Assembly (NCBI GenBank): GCA_964658305.1
Contig: OZ210885.1
Span: 248,001 to 312,000 of the forward strand
Source of the DNA: Leptogorgia sarmentosa
Lineage: Eukaryota
Reading direction: 5' to 3'
DNA: 64,000 nt
Position 1 is the first letter of the stretch, and each line of letters begins with the position of its first letter. The notes below the pieces were generated by a model. It was not told where the DNA came from. It worked only from the letters and a program-made list of their open reading frames with translations, and searched no databases. The translations under genes and the position numbers were made by a program. Shown here one piece after another: positions 37,029-51,975 of this stretch.

Positions 37029-40000
37029 TTACATTTTGAAATTTTCTGGTCTTATCTTCAACGCACTGTTTTTAAGTGAGTAAGCAGCTCCCTTCCAGTG
37101 GTACCATGTAACGCCGCTGTAAATCTGATGACTATGAGAGCCATGATAATACATGCCATTAAGATTTGAGTAACTACAACTGTTGTACCACCATGAACCT
37201 TTAAAGATCACTGCACAGTTTTTCGCCCGATCATCATTATCTGAATCTTTAGTTGAAAATGCTGATCCTCTGTGATACGTTAAAGAATCGCCAGCCGTAC
37301 CTAAAGATAAGGACGAGAAAGTAAAAGTTCTCTCAATATAAAAACTATTATTTGTATATGACATTTGAATTCGGTCTGCGATATTATAGCTCCTCGCATA
37401 GCACAGAATGCGAGTTTTTTCATACGGCAACAAAATACAAATTTAGCGATCGCAAAAAAAATTGAAAATAAAAATTAAAAGAAACAAAAATCTATATATC
37501 GCAACCATTGAACTATGGAAAGTGTAGCTGCAAATTCAAAATTTTCCGAATCTTTGAAAGCATTTAAGTGTTCGCTCTTCATAACAGTCCGCCATATCTT
37601 TGAGATCAGTGATGACCACCCACCAACTTTGAACGGCAACCAAAAATGGCGGCCAAATTGACGAACCTTTTTCATTTCGTCTTTCCGTTCACATCTTTAC
37701 TCACCGGAATAACTACCGAGACTCAGTTGATACTTTGACCTCTCGCTTGTAATGGCAAAATAACTGTATTCTGCATATTTCGTATTTCCTGCTGTATCAC
37801 CGAGATCTACACGAAGCCGGTTTCTACCAAATCTTGTCAGCCTATACATCTTTTCTAATCCAAGCCAGAATTCACCATCAAGCTCACCAAATCCATTTTT
37901 AGAATCTTGCCATCCTCGGTAGAAATCAACACTTCCATCCAGACGACGTTGAAACACAGTCCATCCTCCACCGGAAGTTGTCATGTCACAAAACACTTTG
38001 AAACTTCCCCTTCCGTCAGGATCAATGGAGAAAATGCCGTCCGCTCTGAATCCTTTCTTGTAATACTCTGCGCAGTTTTTCTCTAAATAACATGACAGAA
38101 TAAACAGTGCTAGCTTGGGTGCTGTCTGGGACGTAACTCCAGGAAACACGAGTAAAATTACAAAAAGGAATTGGCTTGTGGAAGTAAACAGTAGAGTGTA
38201 AATGGGAAATTGGATCTAAGAATAAGTTGGGTGTAGTTTAAAACTCGTCTAGTTGAAAAGTCTGCCTTGAGTAATTTAGCCTTTGTGCATATTGCCGTCA
38301 TTCCAATTTTATTCCAACAGTGCAGCTATTTTTTGTAATATTCAATTGATGTAACGCTATAATAATACTTATTAACGGAGGGCAAGGTCTGTGCAAAGAT
38401 AGTATTTGTACAGTCGGAGCTCGTAGTGCGAAAAAGACCAAAGTATAAGCTGTTTTCCACTTCAATCGAATCGTGCACTATATCTAATGGCCCAGGAGTA
38501 GTTCATCTAATCACTTTGACACAAAGTGGAAAACGGCCTTGACATTTTTCTTTATCGACCGAGTAAACGATGTAAATAAAAAGCTAACTATATGACTCTG
38601 GGCATTTCAACTTATGTAATTTCATTTTTGTATCTAAGGATAACTGTTTAATACCATATAGTAAGTCCTATATATACGTCCTCAAAGGTTAATTGCACAT
38701 CGATCGGATAAAAACTTTCTGGTGTTCTTCCTTTGCCTTGTTTTTGTACATGGCCAAAAAATTTTTCTTCACCTCTTGGCACAGTTTTTTTTCGTGAGTT
38801 TGAAATCGTAAAAATAATGTTTAGTTTTGCCACTTCACCGGAAGTGATGGTTTAATCAATCCACCCTTTTAATTCCGTTCTGGCGTTTTTCTATCAGAAA
38901 CATACTATATATAGGTAGAACAGATGTCTGCATGATTCATAACACTTATTCCAGTTTTGAAGGAAATAAATGCTTTTGGAAGATATTATACAGTGTAAGT
39001 TTTTCTGATGAACATAAAACAGTGAAATAGCTACCATTTGACATTCATTTGACGTTCTGTTCGACGTACCTGTTTGATTATTATTGGGAACAAATACTTT
39101 CCAAATTGCATCAATTTTCGTCTGCATATCGTTAAGGCGAATTTCAAAGTTATTTATATTACAGCTCAGTTGAGCTCCTGACAATTTTGAGGTAACTGGT
39201 ATACCATGAGTTGTGCTAAATAAATAGGATAAAGACGCAGTATTATTGTAGTAGTACAGCTAATTCAAAAAAAGTTGTCCAGTGAAAACGTTAAACTCTA
39301 AACCTGGAACATTAAACTATAAGCGTGATGAGAGCACAAGTTTCCAACTTTCTCGTTAAAATTTTCCACTATTTTTGAATGTACATGTATTATGACTATT
39401 ATGCTCGCTGGGAGGTATAATCCATGTCTCTAAGGATTGATCTCCGTTCTCCGCCATATATGACTTCTAAACGTTTGGAGTTGAACGTTTAGAGTTTTAT
39501 AGAGTTCGCAAAACGCTGTTTTGTTGTAGTATAAACCCTTCATTCATTCTGGTATAGAACCTAATTTCCTTTTAGGCGCGTGAGAATGCTAGGCGCGTGA
39601 TTTTAACATTTTGGAAACTTTATACCTTGACTGTGCGTATATAAAATTAATAGTTACAAAGTAAGTAATCTACTTGTGCATAATACGTACACGTAATTAA
39701 TATGCTCAACGCGTATAATTCGGTGATTGGAATGTAAATGATTGACTGATCTGACAACAAACTATATTATTTAAACAACTATTAACCGCAACCCATAAAA
39801 CCAATTGCAAGCATTGTTGTGTCGAAGTTCTTGGTGATTCCCAAAAATAATCATGGATGTGCTGAAACGTGAAGTTTTAAATAGTTTTATTCTTAGATAT
39901 TCCCACTTGCAATTTCCTGAAACTCGAAACTATTGTTGATTGAAGTCATTCTTGGCGCAGTGCTATACTGATTGTTTTAAATTGCTGGAACTTTCGTCTT

Positions 40001-40464
40001 TCGAGATGCATTGTCAACAATTTAAAATGTACATGCAGAAAGGACCCACTATTTGTAAAAGAAAGAACCAACCATTTGTAATACTTTGGTGAAGTTAAAT
40101 GAACCTGTTTCATAAAATAATCATTAGAAAAACTACAACAATACAATTTTGAGAATTTCGATATCACAACTTAAGATATCCATTCTAAGACTTTTCGGAC
40201 TTGATTTTATTTAGACAAAGGAAAGGACCGAAGCTCAAATTGCATTCCTTCCTATCATGTAGAAAAATATACAGAAAGAATATTTTCTGTTTTTCTCGCC
40301 TGCGTGGCAGGCCACACAGCCTCTCTGGTTTATGGGAAGATTTGATACTGTTCTCCAAAATAATGTGGTCCAATGTTTTAGTGATTTGTGAGACGTCTTA
40401 CCTGTTTAACTGCAGTATCATGCTACCAACTAGGACAAATAATTCTGACGTCTTCACTCTTCAT
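37029..40464 (-). pseudogene. FReD protein, copy 2; exons 2-4 intact but the start codon is shifted out of frame
   Basis: Exons 40464-40402, 39215-39070, 38082-37705 and 37300-37029. A 7-nt insertion/duplication (GTCTTCA-CTCTTCA-TG at ~40450-40465) makes the ATG read MKSEDVRIICPSW*. A GTG or an internal ATG could still give a product. Confidence 0.7.
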
Positions 40465-43071
40465 GACTGGAAATAAACGGTTCTGTAGTAAAAGCACATT
40501 TCTAACGACGACACAAGTAAACAGGAAGATAATGACATGTTCAGCGATATCAAGTTCTAAATTAATTAAAATAATTTAATTAATTAATTAAGTATACCTG
40601 TACAGCGGTAAAGCACGTCAGGTCCAGGTCATTTCAGGGGCGCTCAGGTTATTAACTTTTAGTAACCAGACACTCTGTAAGCATTTTAGTGGGCATAGCA
40701 GTTAAAATCGAGACCTATTGTGTGATAAAATTGATATATTAAGCGATACATACCTTACTTGTATTACGATTCGCGTGGTACTCGTTTTCGCTCAGTTCTA
40801 ATTTCGCGCGATTAAATTTAGCACATCTTTTAGAGAACTCACTCGCACAGCTTTTCATTCGCGCAGAAAATTACCCCAAGAAGGCTTGGAGATGATTTTT
40901 GAAAGGTGGCTCCTGATATATGTATTATTTTTGCCACGAGATGGAGCATAGCAGTAACGAGTTTAGGAATTTGTTGAAATTACGAAATAAATTAGTGAAG
41001 CTTTTTAAAAACATGATGACAGTCATGATCTATAGAACATGTTTGGCAGAGAATGTAACAGCAAAAGTTCTTCATTTGTCGAAGGAACCGTGATTGCTTA
41101 AACGTACTTGGAGAAGCGTTTTGAGGGAAGCAGAACGAAATTGGGGCAGGAGGGGGGGGGGGGCGGGGGCGGGAGTGTTGCCTTTTGAGAATCTGTGCCA
41201 ACACATTTGAAAATAACTGTGGATTCCATATGGGAAACCTTAGAAAAATATATTGCTGCACACTCACCAAACATTATTTTAAATCAACATGCTAGCGTTC
41301 GACAAGCCATGATTTTATCAACAACGGTACATCATTTTGATACAGTAAAACGAATTCCAAAATAATCAACCTTTATAATTGATACATTTTTGGTTATTGT
41401 AATCTTTCATTTAGGAAAAGAAATAAAATATTTTAAAATGATCTTCATAGTTCAACCTGAATATGTAAACATTCCTCTGTGACTCAATGTATCGCTTTCA
41501 GAACAACCTTGTGTGTACTTTAAACACATTTAGAAGTGTTTAATGTCATTATAATTGAGATGGCAATTTGAAATCTTGTGCATTTAACTGTATAATTCTT
41601 TATTGTTTGTAGTACACTTCTACATATTCTCAGAGTTGTGGCAATTGAAATATGAATTAATAAATTTTATATAAAACTGAATGGTTTCAATATGTATGCA
41701 TTAAAAATCGCTTGCTGAGCATTTTAATGCTAAGTAGGTACGGAAGTTCATACCTGGAATTCCAAACAAACTTTAAGGCAAATGTTAGTCTATAAAAAAA
41801 GTCTCTTTAAAAGTTATTGTCTATCAAAACAAGTTATCGCCTTATAAGGATGTCATAAATTGATTTTAAATCACGAGATGTTTCGAGCACAATAGATATT
41901 GCGTAAAATCAAGGTGTTGTCACAAATGCAATATACACAATATATACGCATATATACTATGCCTACATCAATTCGTTACAGTACCTTCAATAATTACCTA
42001 TTCCTCACCATTCATTAATTCTGGTAAGTATAGTTGTATTATTGATCGACCATTGTACAAATTATGCAAGAGGTACGAACTCGCACTAATCTTTGCTGTC
42101 TTTAAAGCTAAACCGATCGAAATATCGACTCTACAGTTTCCGGACGATCCACACTTGAAAGATCCACCACCATTAACTTCGGTAAGTCTAATTTTATATA
42201 TCGCTCATTATTGGAATTTCTACCAGTTGATGTAAACACACATACTTGCGACTGGTAGTTAGCTCTGCATTAGAGCAATGAATTGAAGGCCGAAACATGC
42301 GATTCGGACTCTCTATTCGACTCTTACGTCTAGGAAATCCACCAATAATCTCTGTAGATTTCATAGTTTTATTAACAGGTAGAGCAGCACTGGTCAAATG
42401 AAAAACTGGTATTTGAAAACGTCTCGAAACTGTTATTTCTTTATCAAATCAAGTTCAAGTGCGTACTTTAGACATAAAAGTAAAGTAGTGACCAAAGACG
42501 GATTTTAGAAACATTGTATTTTGCTAATCTATTGTAACTGGACCATGTTCCACAAATGAAAAACTGGTGATATAAAAACGTCTCAAAACTCTTCTTTCAA
42601 ATTCAAGTGCGTACTTAGAACTGGATAGCGATACTTGGAATTGCAAACAAATGCAAAATACCTCAAGATATATCAGATTATAAATGTAAGATAAACGAGG
42701 AAGTCTAAACAATTATTTTGTGACCATCCAACCATCACGGGGCCCAATAGATGCAAATGTCGTGATAGACACAAACGCCACAGCAGATTCAATTAGATAA
42801 TCCCATTTTAGGGAGGTTTTATTAACACTATTCTACGAGAATAAGCCACAGAGAAACTCTCTTAAAAATGTATGATCTTTCGCTATGTAATTGTGTCGAA
42901 GTAGGCAATTGAAATTGATAGTTAGAATTGCAAACAATTGCAAATATGCCAACATATATATTGGACTGTCACAGCGTGATGATTTGAAATGAACTGTCAA
43001 TCAAAACCAGTTATCTGAGACTGATGTTTGAACACCAGATATTTTGAGCACAATAGATACTGCGTAAAGTC

Positions 43072-43950
43072 GGGACTAGCTAATAGTCGTGGGTCGAGTG
43101 TCGGGAGTAAAAGGTCGTGGGTCGGGGGTGAAAGGTCGTGGGTCGTAGGTAAAAAGTCGTGGGTTACGAATGAAGGTCGTGGGTTGTATTTTTTTAGGTT
43201 TTTTACCATTTTAAAAGTGAAAAACGTGTAATTATAACAGTCGTTAACTATGCAACACGGACAAAATAACTTCATAAAATAACTGAGATGTATTGAGAAA
43301 AAAATATTCTTTTATGAAAATCTAACCCTTTAAATTTATTATAAGTTCTGTTGTTATACACTAATTTCATTTCTCATGATCACACATGATTTGATCATGT
43401 AGAATACGTTTATGCTCTTCATTCAAGAACGGAACCAAATCTTGCGGTACTCTTACCATTCCAGGAATGAAAAACTGATGCCGTACAGTTACGCAGTTTG
43501 GATTTAAATGGAAATATACATTTGATACGTGCTGATTTTGTTTCATTGTGTTACTAGTAGTATCGTAGTACGAACGTTCATCTCCGCTGACTATAACTAA
43601 GTCCTCTGGTGATTCGGGCGTTATCCCGCCAGGTTTGAGCTCCCCACCACATCCATAACAGACTCTCACTGAAGGATGTTGATGCTGGATCAAGCCGATC
43701 ACGAAAGTCCCAAACGGAGGCACTTGTCTGGCGGGCGCTGGATTCGCAAAAGGTTGACGTTGATTTGCGGATGTATTGCGAGATTGTTGTGGTAGCTGAA
43801 TGACAGTGTGAATTGTCATTTTGACAAATCCGACTATTATAATTACACGTTTTTCACTTTTAAAATGTTAAAAAACCTAAAAAAATACAACCCACGACCT
43901 TTATTCGTAACCCACGACTTTTTACCTACGACCCACGACCTTTCACCCAC
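43072..43950. mobile_element. Unclassified TIR DNA element (unit 3 copy)
   Basis: Same element as 3754-4596; ORF fragment 43367-43819. Confidence 0.7.
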
Positions 43951-44826
43951 AAGTCAAGGTGTTGTCACAAATGCAATATACACTTGACGCTGCCTACATC
44001 AATTCGCCACAATACCTTCAATAATTACCTATTCCTGAAGGGTGGCCATTTAAATTCTGTGTACGCATAAAGGATAAGATCTCACAATCAATCTCAGCAG
44101 ATTTGGGAGCGGACAGGACATAAGTAGCGCAATAAACTAGATTACTGAAGGTTGACAGTTTAAATTATGTGTACTTATAAAAGATATGACCTCATAATCA
44201 ATGTCTCTAGACTTGATAACTTTGCAGATAAAAAGTAGGCAGAATTCGGAATAAGTTCAATTAAAACGTGGATCAGCGAAAAGGACCGGATGAGAAATTT
44301 AATTTCCCCCAAACTCCGTCGCCAATAGCTTGACAGGTAATGCAGTGGACTGCATGCCCTCTTAATGTTGACATTGGCTTGAGAGCCAAACAGATAAAAG
44401 CAAAGTAGATCAGACGATCCAGCATCAGTTTTTGAAAATTGTATTCTGCTAACATAACATAACATAACTTGTACTGTTATAATAAGTATAACTGTATATT
44501 GTACGTTATTTTCAACTGCCTTATTACCATGTTCCGTCCTTCTATCAGCTTGAAATTCTTTCCGACAACATTTGACATTGCTATCTACTATCTACACTGG
44601 CCAAATATCAAAATTTGTTTGAGCTTCTCATTGTATTCGCTGTCTCTAAAAACATGGCGTTGATTGGTATATTATCCATTCCATTGGTATTATTTAAAAT
44701 ATTATAAACTCATAACCCATTGTCGTTGCTATAGCTATTATAATGCAGAGGTATTGTACGTCAAATCAGGTCAAATCATATCCTTCCTCTCTTCTTTTCT
44801 CTCAGAACCATAAAAAGTGACCAGTG

Positions 44827-47800
44827 ATGAAGTACAAGATTACTGTGGAAACTGGTACACTACGCAGCGCTGGCACAGATGCGTCTGTTTTAATCAAACT
44901 CACTGGTACATTTCATTTTTAATTATTCTATTTTGTTCTTACCATAACTCAAAAACTTGACGAAAAAGTGAGAATGTAAACGGTAATTGTAACCAGAGGA
45001 AAACACTCTCAGTAATGATTTCGATTTAGATAAAAAAAGAAACTTAACGTTGCGAGAGTTAGCGAGAATTCTGTATTTGGGGCATCTACTGGCTGCAGGA
45101 AGCAAGTAGTTTGAGTCGCTCCCTTAGTGGGTTATAGTTAGTTGAGTTAATAAAGATTTTTTCCTTGCAGTAGCATGTAGCAGCTTAGAGATATAATGGT
45201 GCGATAGTGAGTACAGTTATATGGGTTTTAAAGTACGGATAATAAATATCGCAGTGGTCGAAAGTATATTTTGTCTTTTTCTTGAGTCGTCATATTTCCA
45301 GTTACATGTGCCCTTCTTCCTTCGACAGGTAACACTGGAGCTGAGACAAAGAAATTCTCGCTCGACAAGTTTTTTCACAACGACTTCGAACGAGGTGACA
45401 CGGACACTTATGACGTAAGTGGTGATGACGTTGGAGATGTTGTAATGATTACCTTGAATAATAATGGAATGGGCCTTAAAAGTGATTGGTATATTGCTAA
45501 AGTCATTGTGGAGAAGGTTACGGAAGCTGGAGATCAAAAGTTTGAGTTTCCTTGCTATCGCTGGGTTGTCCATCATTTGGTAGTCTTTGAAGGCAAAGGT
45601 ACAACACTAAGATGTGTTTTTTCTTCAGCCTGTGACATTATAAAGCTCGTAAAATTCTGTTGAATTTTATTTCGGCATTTCAAAGTTTTTTTGAGTGAAA
45701 TACTTTTTTTTAAAAATTTTGCCAGGAAGCGTCCGGGACAATATCGTTTACAATTAAAGTTTTTGGTTTCTTTTTGGTCCCGGTTCCTGTTTTTTGACGA
45801 TCTAAATTTCTCCTTTCACTGTAGCATTGTTGCCCAATTCTAAAGACAGTTGCAAAGTCATTGCTGAGCAACGAAAAAATGAAGTGAATGAAAACAGGAG
45901 ACTATACAAGTGGGGCAGCGATCCAAGATATACTCAAGATCTTCCAGGATTCGTAGAAGCCGAACATCCGAAGTCTTTACCAAAAGACGTGCAGTTTACT
46001 GACGAGGCCACGTTATCCCTATTCCGAGTAGGTTTGGAAGGTTTTCAAAATCTTGGCTTGAGTCATATTTTTGATGTCTGGGATTCATGGGATTGCTTGG
46101 AAGATTTCCGACAACTCATCACTCTAGTTATTCCTGGCGGTCTCCCTCACGCTGCTAAGTACTGGCGAGATGACGTGTGGTTTGGATCACAATTCCTTAA
46201 CGGCTCCAATCCTGAAGTGATCAGAAAATGTAAAAAGCTTCCGAATAATTTCCCCGTGAAGAATGAAATGGTAGACAAGTTGTTAGACCGTGGATATAAT
46301 CTGGAAAAAGCAATGAAGGTATGCTTGCCATTTTGTGGTTTTGTTTCGCTTTCAGTAGGAGGAGTTGTAAAAAGATCAACCCTGTCCTCCTTGGCCCATA
46401 GCATTTTTGACATTCAGTTCTTCAATCATTTCCTTCAAAAAGTCAGCATTGGTTTGGCATTTCAGTGTTATATTTGTTGCACTGAGTTTTAAAAAGGGCC
46501 ATTTTTCAACTAAACACTGTTTTGAGGTCATTTTCCAGCCTTCAAATACATTTTATTTTACTAAGCTGAAGAGAAGTTGATTGTTTAATCGGTGATAGTA
46601 CTTAAAGTTGCAGGGAAAATATTAAATTGTTCTGAAACCCATTTTTGCTCAAATGAAAGTTCTATTTTACAAAATATAATTTATTATTAATAGAATGGCT
46701 TCATCTTCCTCGTTGACTACAAAATCCTTGAAGGAGTGGCAACTATGGACAAACCAAAGGACAAGCGTTACATCACACCAGCGATGGGGCTTTTTTACCT
46801 GAAAAAAAACGACGATATAGTGCCAATTGCCATTCAACTAGGTCAGCAGCCTGGCCCCAACACCCCTATATGGACGCCTCAACAAGACGCAGATTGGGAC
46901 TGGATTATGGCAAAACTTTGGCTTCGTTGCGCTGACACACAATGTCATCAGGTACATGTGGTTGAGGAAATATCCTCAACGAATTTCGTCACAATTCGTT
47001 TGTGTAATTACTCGATTTCCTGGTTCTGTATTTTCTACAATTTTAGAGCAAATGCCCTAAATATCCGTCATTTAACATTGAGTTTAAATTTCTAAATCTC
47101 CACTTTCAGAATAATCACCTTGGACATGTAAATAATACTAATAACATTTCCGTTGCAGATGATTACTCATCTTCTTCGTTGTCATTTAATGATGGAACCA
47201 GCTGCAGTGGCCTCTTGGCGCAATCTTTCATCTGTTCATCCAGTCTGGAAGCTTTTATATCCGCACACCAAAGGAATTATGGCGATCAACACTCTTGGCC
47301 GCAACGATTTGATTCCAGAGGGTGGTGTGGCTGACAAAGTTCTCAGTATCGGTGGTGGAGGCCAAGTCACCATAATGCAGAAGCACTACAGAAGTGTGAC
47401 ATTTGATAGTTATGATTTGATCAAAGATCTCACTGATCGTGGTGTCAAAGATCTGCGAAAATTCCATTACAAAAATGATGCTGTGCTTCTCTGAGGTGCC
47501 ATCCATCAGTTTGTGAAAGATATCATTCACATTTACTACAAAAACGACACTAATGTTCAAAAGGTAAATGATTGCATGATCATATGCTCTTAAGGCCCTT
47601 TTATTTACTCGCAGGGACGTAAGAATGGGGCGCCAAGAGGGCCAAGGCCCCCCAACTTTTATACATCACTCAAAAAGTGCCATTTTTCTTTAGGTAAAGT
47701 TTCCTTTTTGTGTATACGTGTCAATGTCATGTGACGTTAATTGTTTGTGGCAGTAATTTGATTCGCTAGAATACAAATCGTGCGGACAAATCGCAACGTG

Positions 47801-49100
47801 TGTAAAAGTACCTTTAAATCTCAATGTATAGAGCATGATATATCAAATCATATTCCCACATACGTGTAGCTGTACTGTACCATGCGTATCAAGCAGCAGT
47901 CCAGTCCAAAACTTTGTCGTTTACCGGCTCTCTTTTTCACCTGGTCCATTGGTTTCAGCCGATTTTATCTCATGTTGTTTAGGATAATGAGATTCAAGAC
48001 TGGATTCGTGATCTCCATGATAACGGCTACAAAGCTGGAAGCGACAATGTGGATAAAAAAGTGCCGCAGTCGTTCAAGAAACGTGACGAACTCATCCATT
48101 TTCTCACCATCGTTATCTTCACCTGTTCTTGCCAACATGCTGCTGTGAACTTCTCTCAGTTAGCTACATATGGTTTCCATCCCAACGCTCCAACCTTGAT
48201 GAGACAACCACCGCCTACCAAAAGAGGACAAGTGGATCTCACTACCGTTATGTCTACTCTGGCAAATAAACATCAAGCTGGTCAGGTGGTCGGCATTGTG
48301 AATGCCTTAACTACGATTTATCCAACTGAGGTAAATAAATTAAAAATAATTTAGTTCATCATTGAGTCACTGAGAGTTCTGGGATCGGTAATATTGCTTT
48401 TTCACAACGAAGAAGCAGGCTTGTGAGAACATCAAGTACACAGTCAAAAATGATCAGCCTGTCGCAAGTGAATGTGATTGGCACAAGATGCCGTCAGTGT
48501 TTGTCGCCAGCCAATCAAGTTGCTTTCTTCCAGCTTTGTTCGTGCGAACAAATTCGCCTGGTGGAAAAAAACAGGCGTGAAGATAAAACGAACCAAAGCC
48601 TTCATAAGTCTTCGTATCCTACGTGCCCCACCGCCTCTGGGAAAATTTTTATCTCCCTTAAAAATCCACCTAACTTAAAATTAAAACTACTTTAACAAAA
48701 CACGTTGATTGCAAAATTACTGTAATCATAATTACTTCACTTTTCACAACAAAGCTAATGCAAAACGAAAAAGTCATAACGTACCATGTACTATAAGATG
48801 AAGATGAAATGTTCATGATCAAGCTGTTCCAAGTTTCTTCTAAAGTTTACGGGATTGGGTTAGAGTTCTTTTTCTTCGCACCTCCAAATTTACACAATTA
48901 ATAATAGTCTTTGATTTCAGAAATTTCTCGGTGATTATGCTGACAATCTGTTTGTTGATGCTTCAGCGCAAGCTGCTATGGCGAAATTCAAGGCTGAGCT
49001 TGAAGTGATAACAGAGAAAATCAACAAAAGAAATGAAGGAATGGCCGCTCCTTATGCATGGCTTCTGCCTGGTCGTGTACCAAACAGTATCGCCATTTAA
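44827..49100 (+). pseudogene. 11R-LOX: 11R-LOX-like lipoxygenase, copy 3, premature stop in exon 5
   Basis: Exons 44827-44905, 45329-45598, 45825-46318, 46694-46951, 47159-47563, 47983-48330 and 48921-49100. TGG>TGA at 47492-47494 removes QHAAVN and the C-terminal Ile ligand. Confidence 0.9.
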
Positions 49101-50498
49101 TTTCTTTCCTAATAACTGCAAATTTGCCATCTTATATTGGCTAATAAGTTCATTGATATTTTTGACTGTGATTTCTTTTAATATAACATTTCTAATATGT
49201 TCTACACACGATGTATTTTTTCTCGAGAAATGTAGTTTTGTACTCGACTGCTTAATTCAATGTCAGTAATAAAGATATGACCACTCGTACTCGTCACATC
49301 GTATCGCCGACTTTGCTTATGTTCATTTTTCCTGTTGTATCTAGGCAAAATTCATTTTCTTACATATTTTGCATGTAAATGGTTCAAATCAAGGATCAGG
49401 AGAAAAGCTAAGATTTCGGCCATATCTTAGGCCGGTGGTGTTGGTATACAAATTTTGAAATAAAAAGTAATCGCACATCAGTTTTGTACCTTGATCTGTT
49501 ACTGTAACGCCGAATGCGAAAACTACCCAGGATTTTCAAAAACTTTGGCTGAAATGAGTAACATCCGTAAATCGCATGTGACATGACGTAAGCTCCCTTT
49601 TGTTCGATTATACGCATGCGCATCATCGGAGTCTTAAATTCCCCCGTTTCTGTTTTTTCCATGTCAGAAGTACGCACACTGCTCAATGTGACACCGCTGG
49701 CATTGGTGGCATCACCACGTCGTTTAAACTTATTTTCCAGCGAAATATCTCATCAAAACACAAATTTTTAACCAACATGTAAGATTGGAGAAAATTCGTA
49801 AGATTGGTGAAAATATTTTAAAACGACAATTTTGAGAGATGTCGCGAGGGAGCGAAGTGAGTGAATCGGCTTCAACCGGAATTGACAATAGCAAAAAAGA
49901 TATGGCGGCATGTACATTTAACCAGAATACATATTGCTAAAAAAAACAAGAACCATAGCTAATGGACAGAAATTTCAACACTAGTAGGAAAATAAATTTA
50001 TGTCTTATAAATTAAAAAAATAAATAAATCTGTTTTTTTAAACGATTTCAGATCGCAATGCATTCTCGTAAAATGTGCATGGTCAATTACGAGGTTTTCG
50101 TTGTGTCTCCAGCTAAATATCTAATGTCGATCTACTGCATGACACACTTTTAAAATGCATAGCAAACGGATCAGCGAACAGGAAGTTCTGCATGCTAAAA
50201 TTTATTATTTTACACGGCCTTCAGGGCCGTAATCGCGAAGGTTTGGTGCGATAAATTCCGTATATGAGGCCGAAGATTGTAAATTTCTAGTAGGGACCAT
50301 GGGTAGGGACATGATACGAAATTTCCGAAATAAAATATCCAAGAGTTCTAGTCTTATTTGACACCAGGCACTCGTTGCAAGTTTAGGTTTTTCGACATTA
50401 AGACGACCAGACAGCGAACGACTGAATAAGACAATCAATCATTGCGTCCACTATCAATCATATTTCACTGACCAAAAAGAGTGGGAGTAGCACCCCTC

Positions 50499-50523
50499 CA
50501 CACACACACACACACACACACAC
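50499..50523. repeat. (CA)n microsatellite, expanded in unit 3
   Basis: About 12 CA units here against about 5 at ~11007 and ~36892. Confidence 0.85.
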
Positions 50524-51975
50524 CCCACTTGGTACGCCCTGATTTAATCGGGCACCACTGAGAAAAATAATGGAATTTTACGATTATATTTTATTAATGA
50601 AGCGTTTTGATCATCACAACATAACCAGCTCAGAAATATAAAGAGAATATTTTACATTTTGAAATTTTCTGGTCTTATCTTCAACGCACTGTTTTTAAGA
50701 GAGTAAGACTCTCCCTTCCAGTGATACCATGTAACACCGCTGTTAGTCTGATGACTATGAGAGCCATGATAATACATGCCATTAAGATTTGAGTAAACAA
50801 CTGTTGTACCACCATGAACCTTTAAAGATCACTGCACAGTTTTTCCCCCAATCATCATTATCTGAATCTTTAGTTGTAAATGCTGATCCTCTGTGATACG
50901 TTAAAGAATCGCCAGCCGTACCTAGAGATAAGGAAGAGAAAATAAAAGTTTTCTCAATATAAAAACTATTATTTGTATATGACATTTGAATTTGGTCTGC
51001 GATATTATAGCTCCTCGCATAGCACAGAATTTTTGTTTATTCATACGGCAACAAAATACAAATTTAGCGATCGCAAAAAAAATTGAAAATAAAAATTAAG
51101 AGAAACAAAAATCTATATATCGCAACCATTGAACTATGGAAAGAGTAGCTGCAAATTCAAAATTTTCCGAATCTTTGAAAGCATTTAAGTGTTCGCTCTT
51201 CATAACAGTCCGCCATATCTTTGAGATCAGTGATGACCACCCACCAACTTTGAACGGCAACCAAAAATGGCGGCCAAATTGACGAATCTTTTTCATTTCG
51301 TCTTTCCGTTCACATCTTTACTCACCGGAATAACTACCGAGACTCAGTTGATACTTTGACCTCTCGCTTGTAATGGCAAAATAACTGTATTCTGCATATT
51401 TCGTATTTCCTGCTGTATCACCGAGATCTACACGAAGCCGGTTTCTACCAAATCTTGTCAGCCTATACATCTTTTCTAATCCAAGCCAGAATTCACCATC
51501 AAGCTCACCAAATCCATTTTTAGAATCTTGCCATCCTCGGTAGAAATCAACACTTCCATCCAGACGACGTTGAAACACAGTCCATCCTCCACCGGAAGTT
51601 GTCATGTCACAAAACACTTTGAAACTTCCCCTTCCGTCAGGATCAATGGAGAAAATGCCGTCCGCTCTGAATCCTTTCTTGTAATACTCTGCGCAGTTTT
51701 TCTCTAAATAACATAACATAATAAACAGTGCTAGCTTGGGTGCTGTCTGGGACGTAACTCCAGGAAACACGAGTAAAATTACAAAAAAAAATTGGCTTGT
51801 GGAAGTAAACAGTAGAGTGTAAATGGGAAATTGGATCTAATTCCATACTGACCTTTTTCTATCAGAAACATACTATATATAGGTAGAACAGATGTCTGCA
51901 TGATTCATAACACTTATTCCAGTTTTGAAGGAAATAAATGCTTTTGGAAGATATTATACAGTATAAGTTTTTCTG

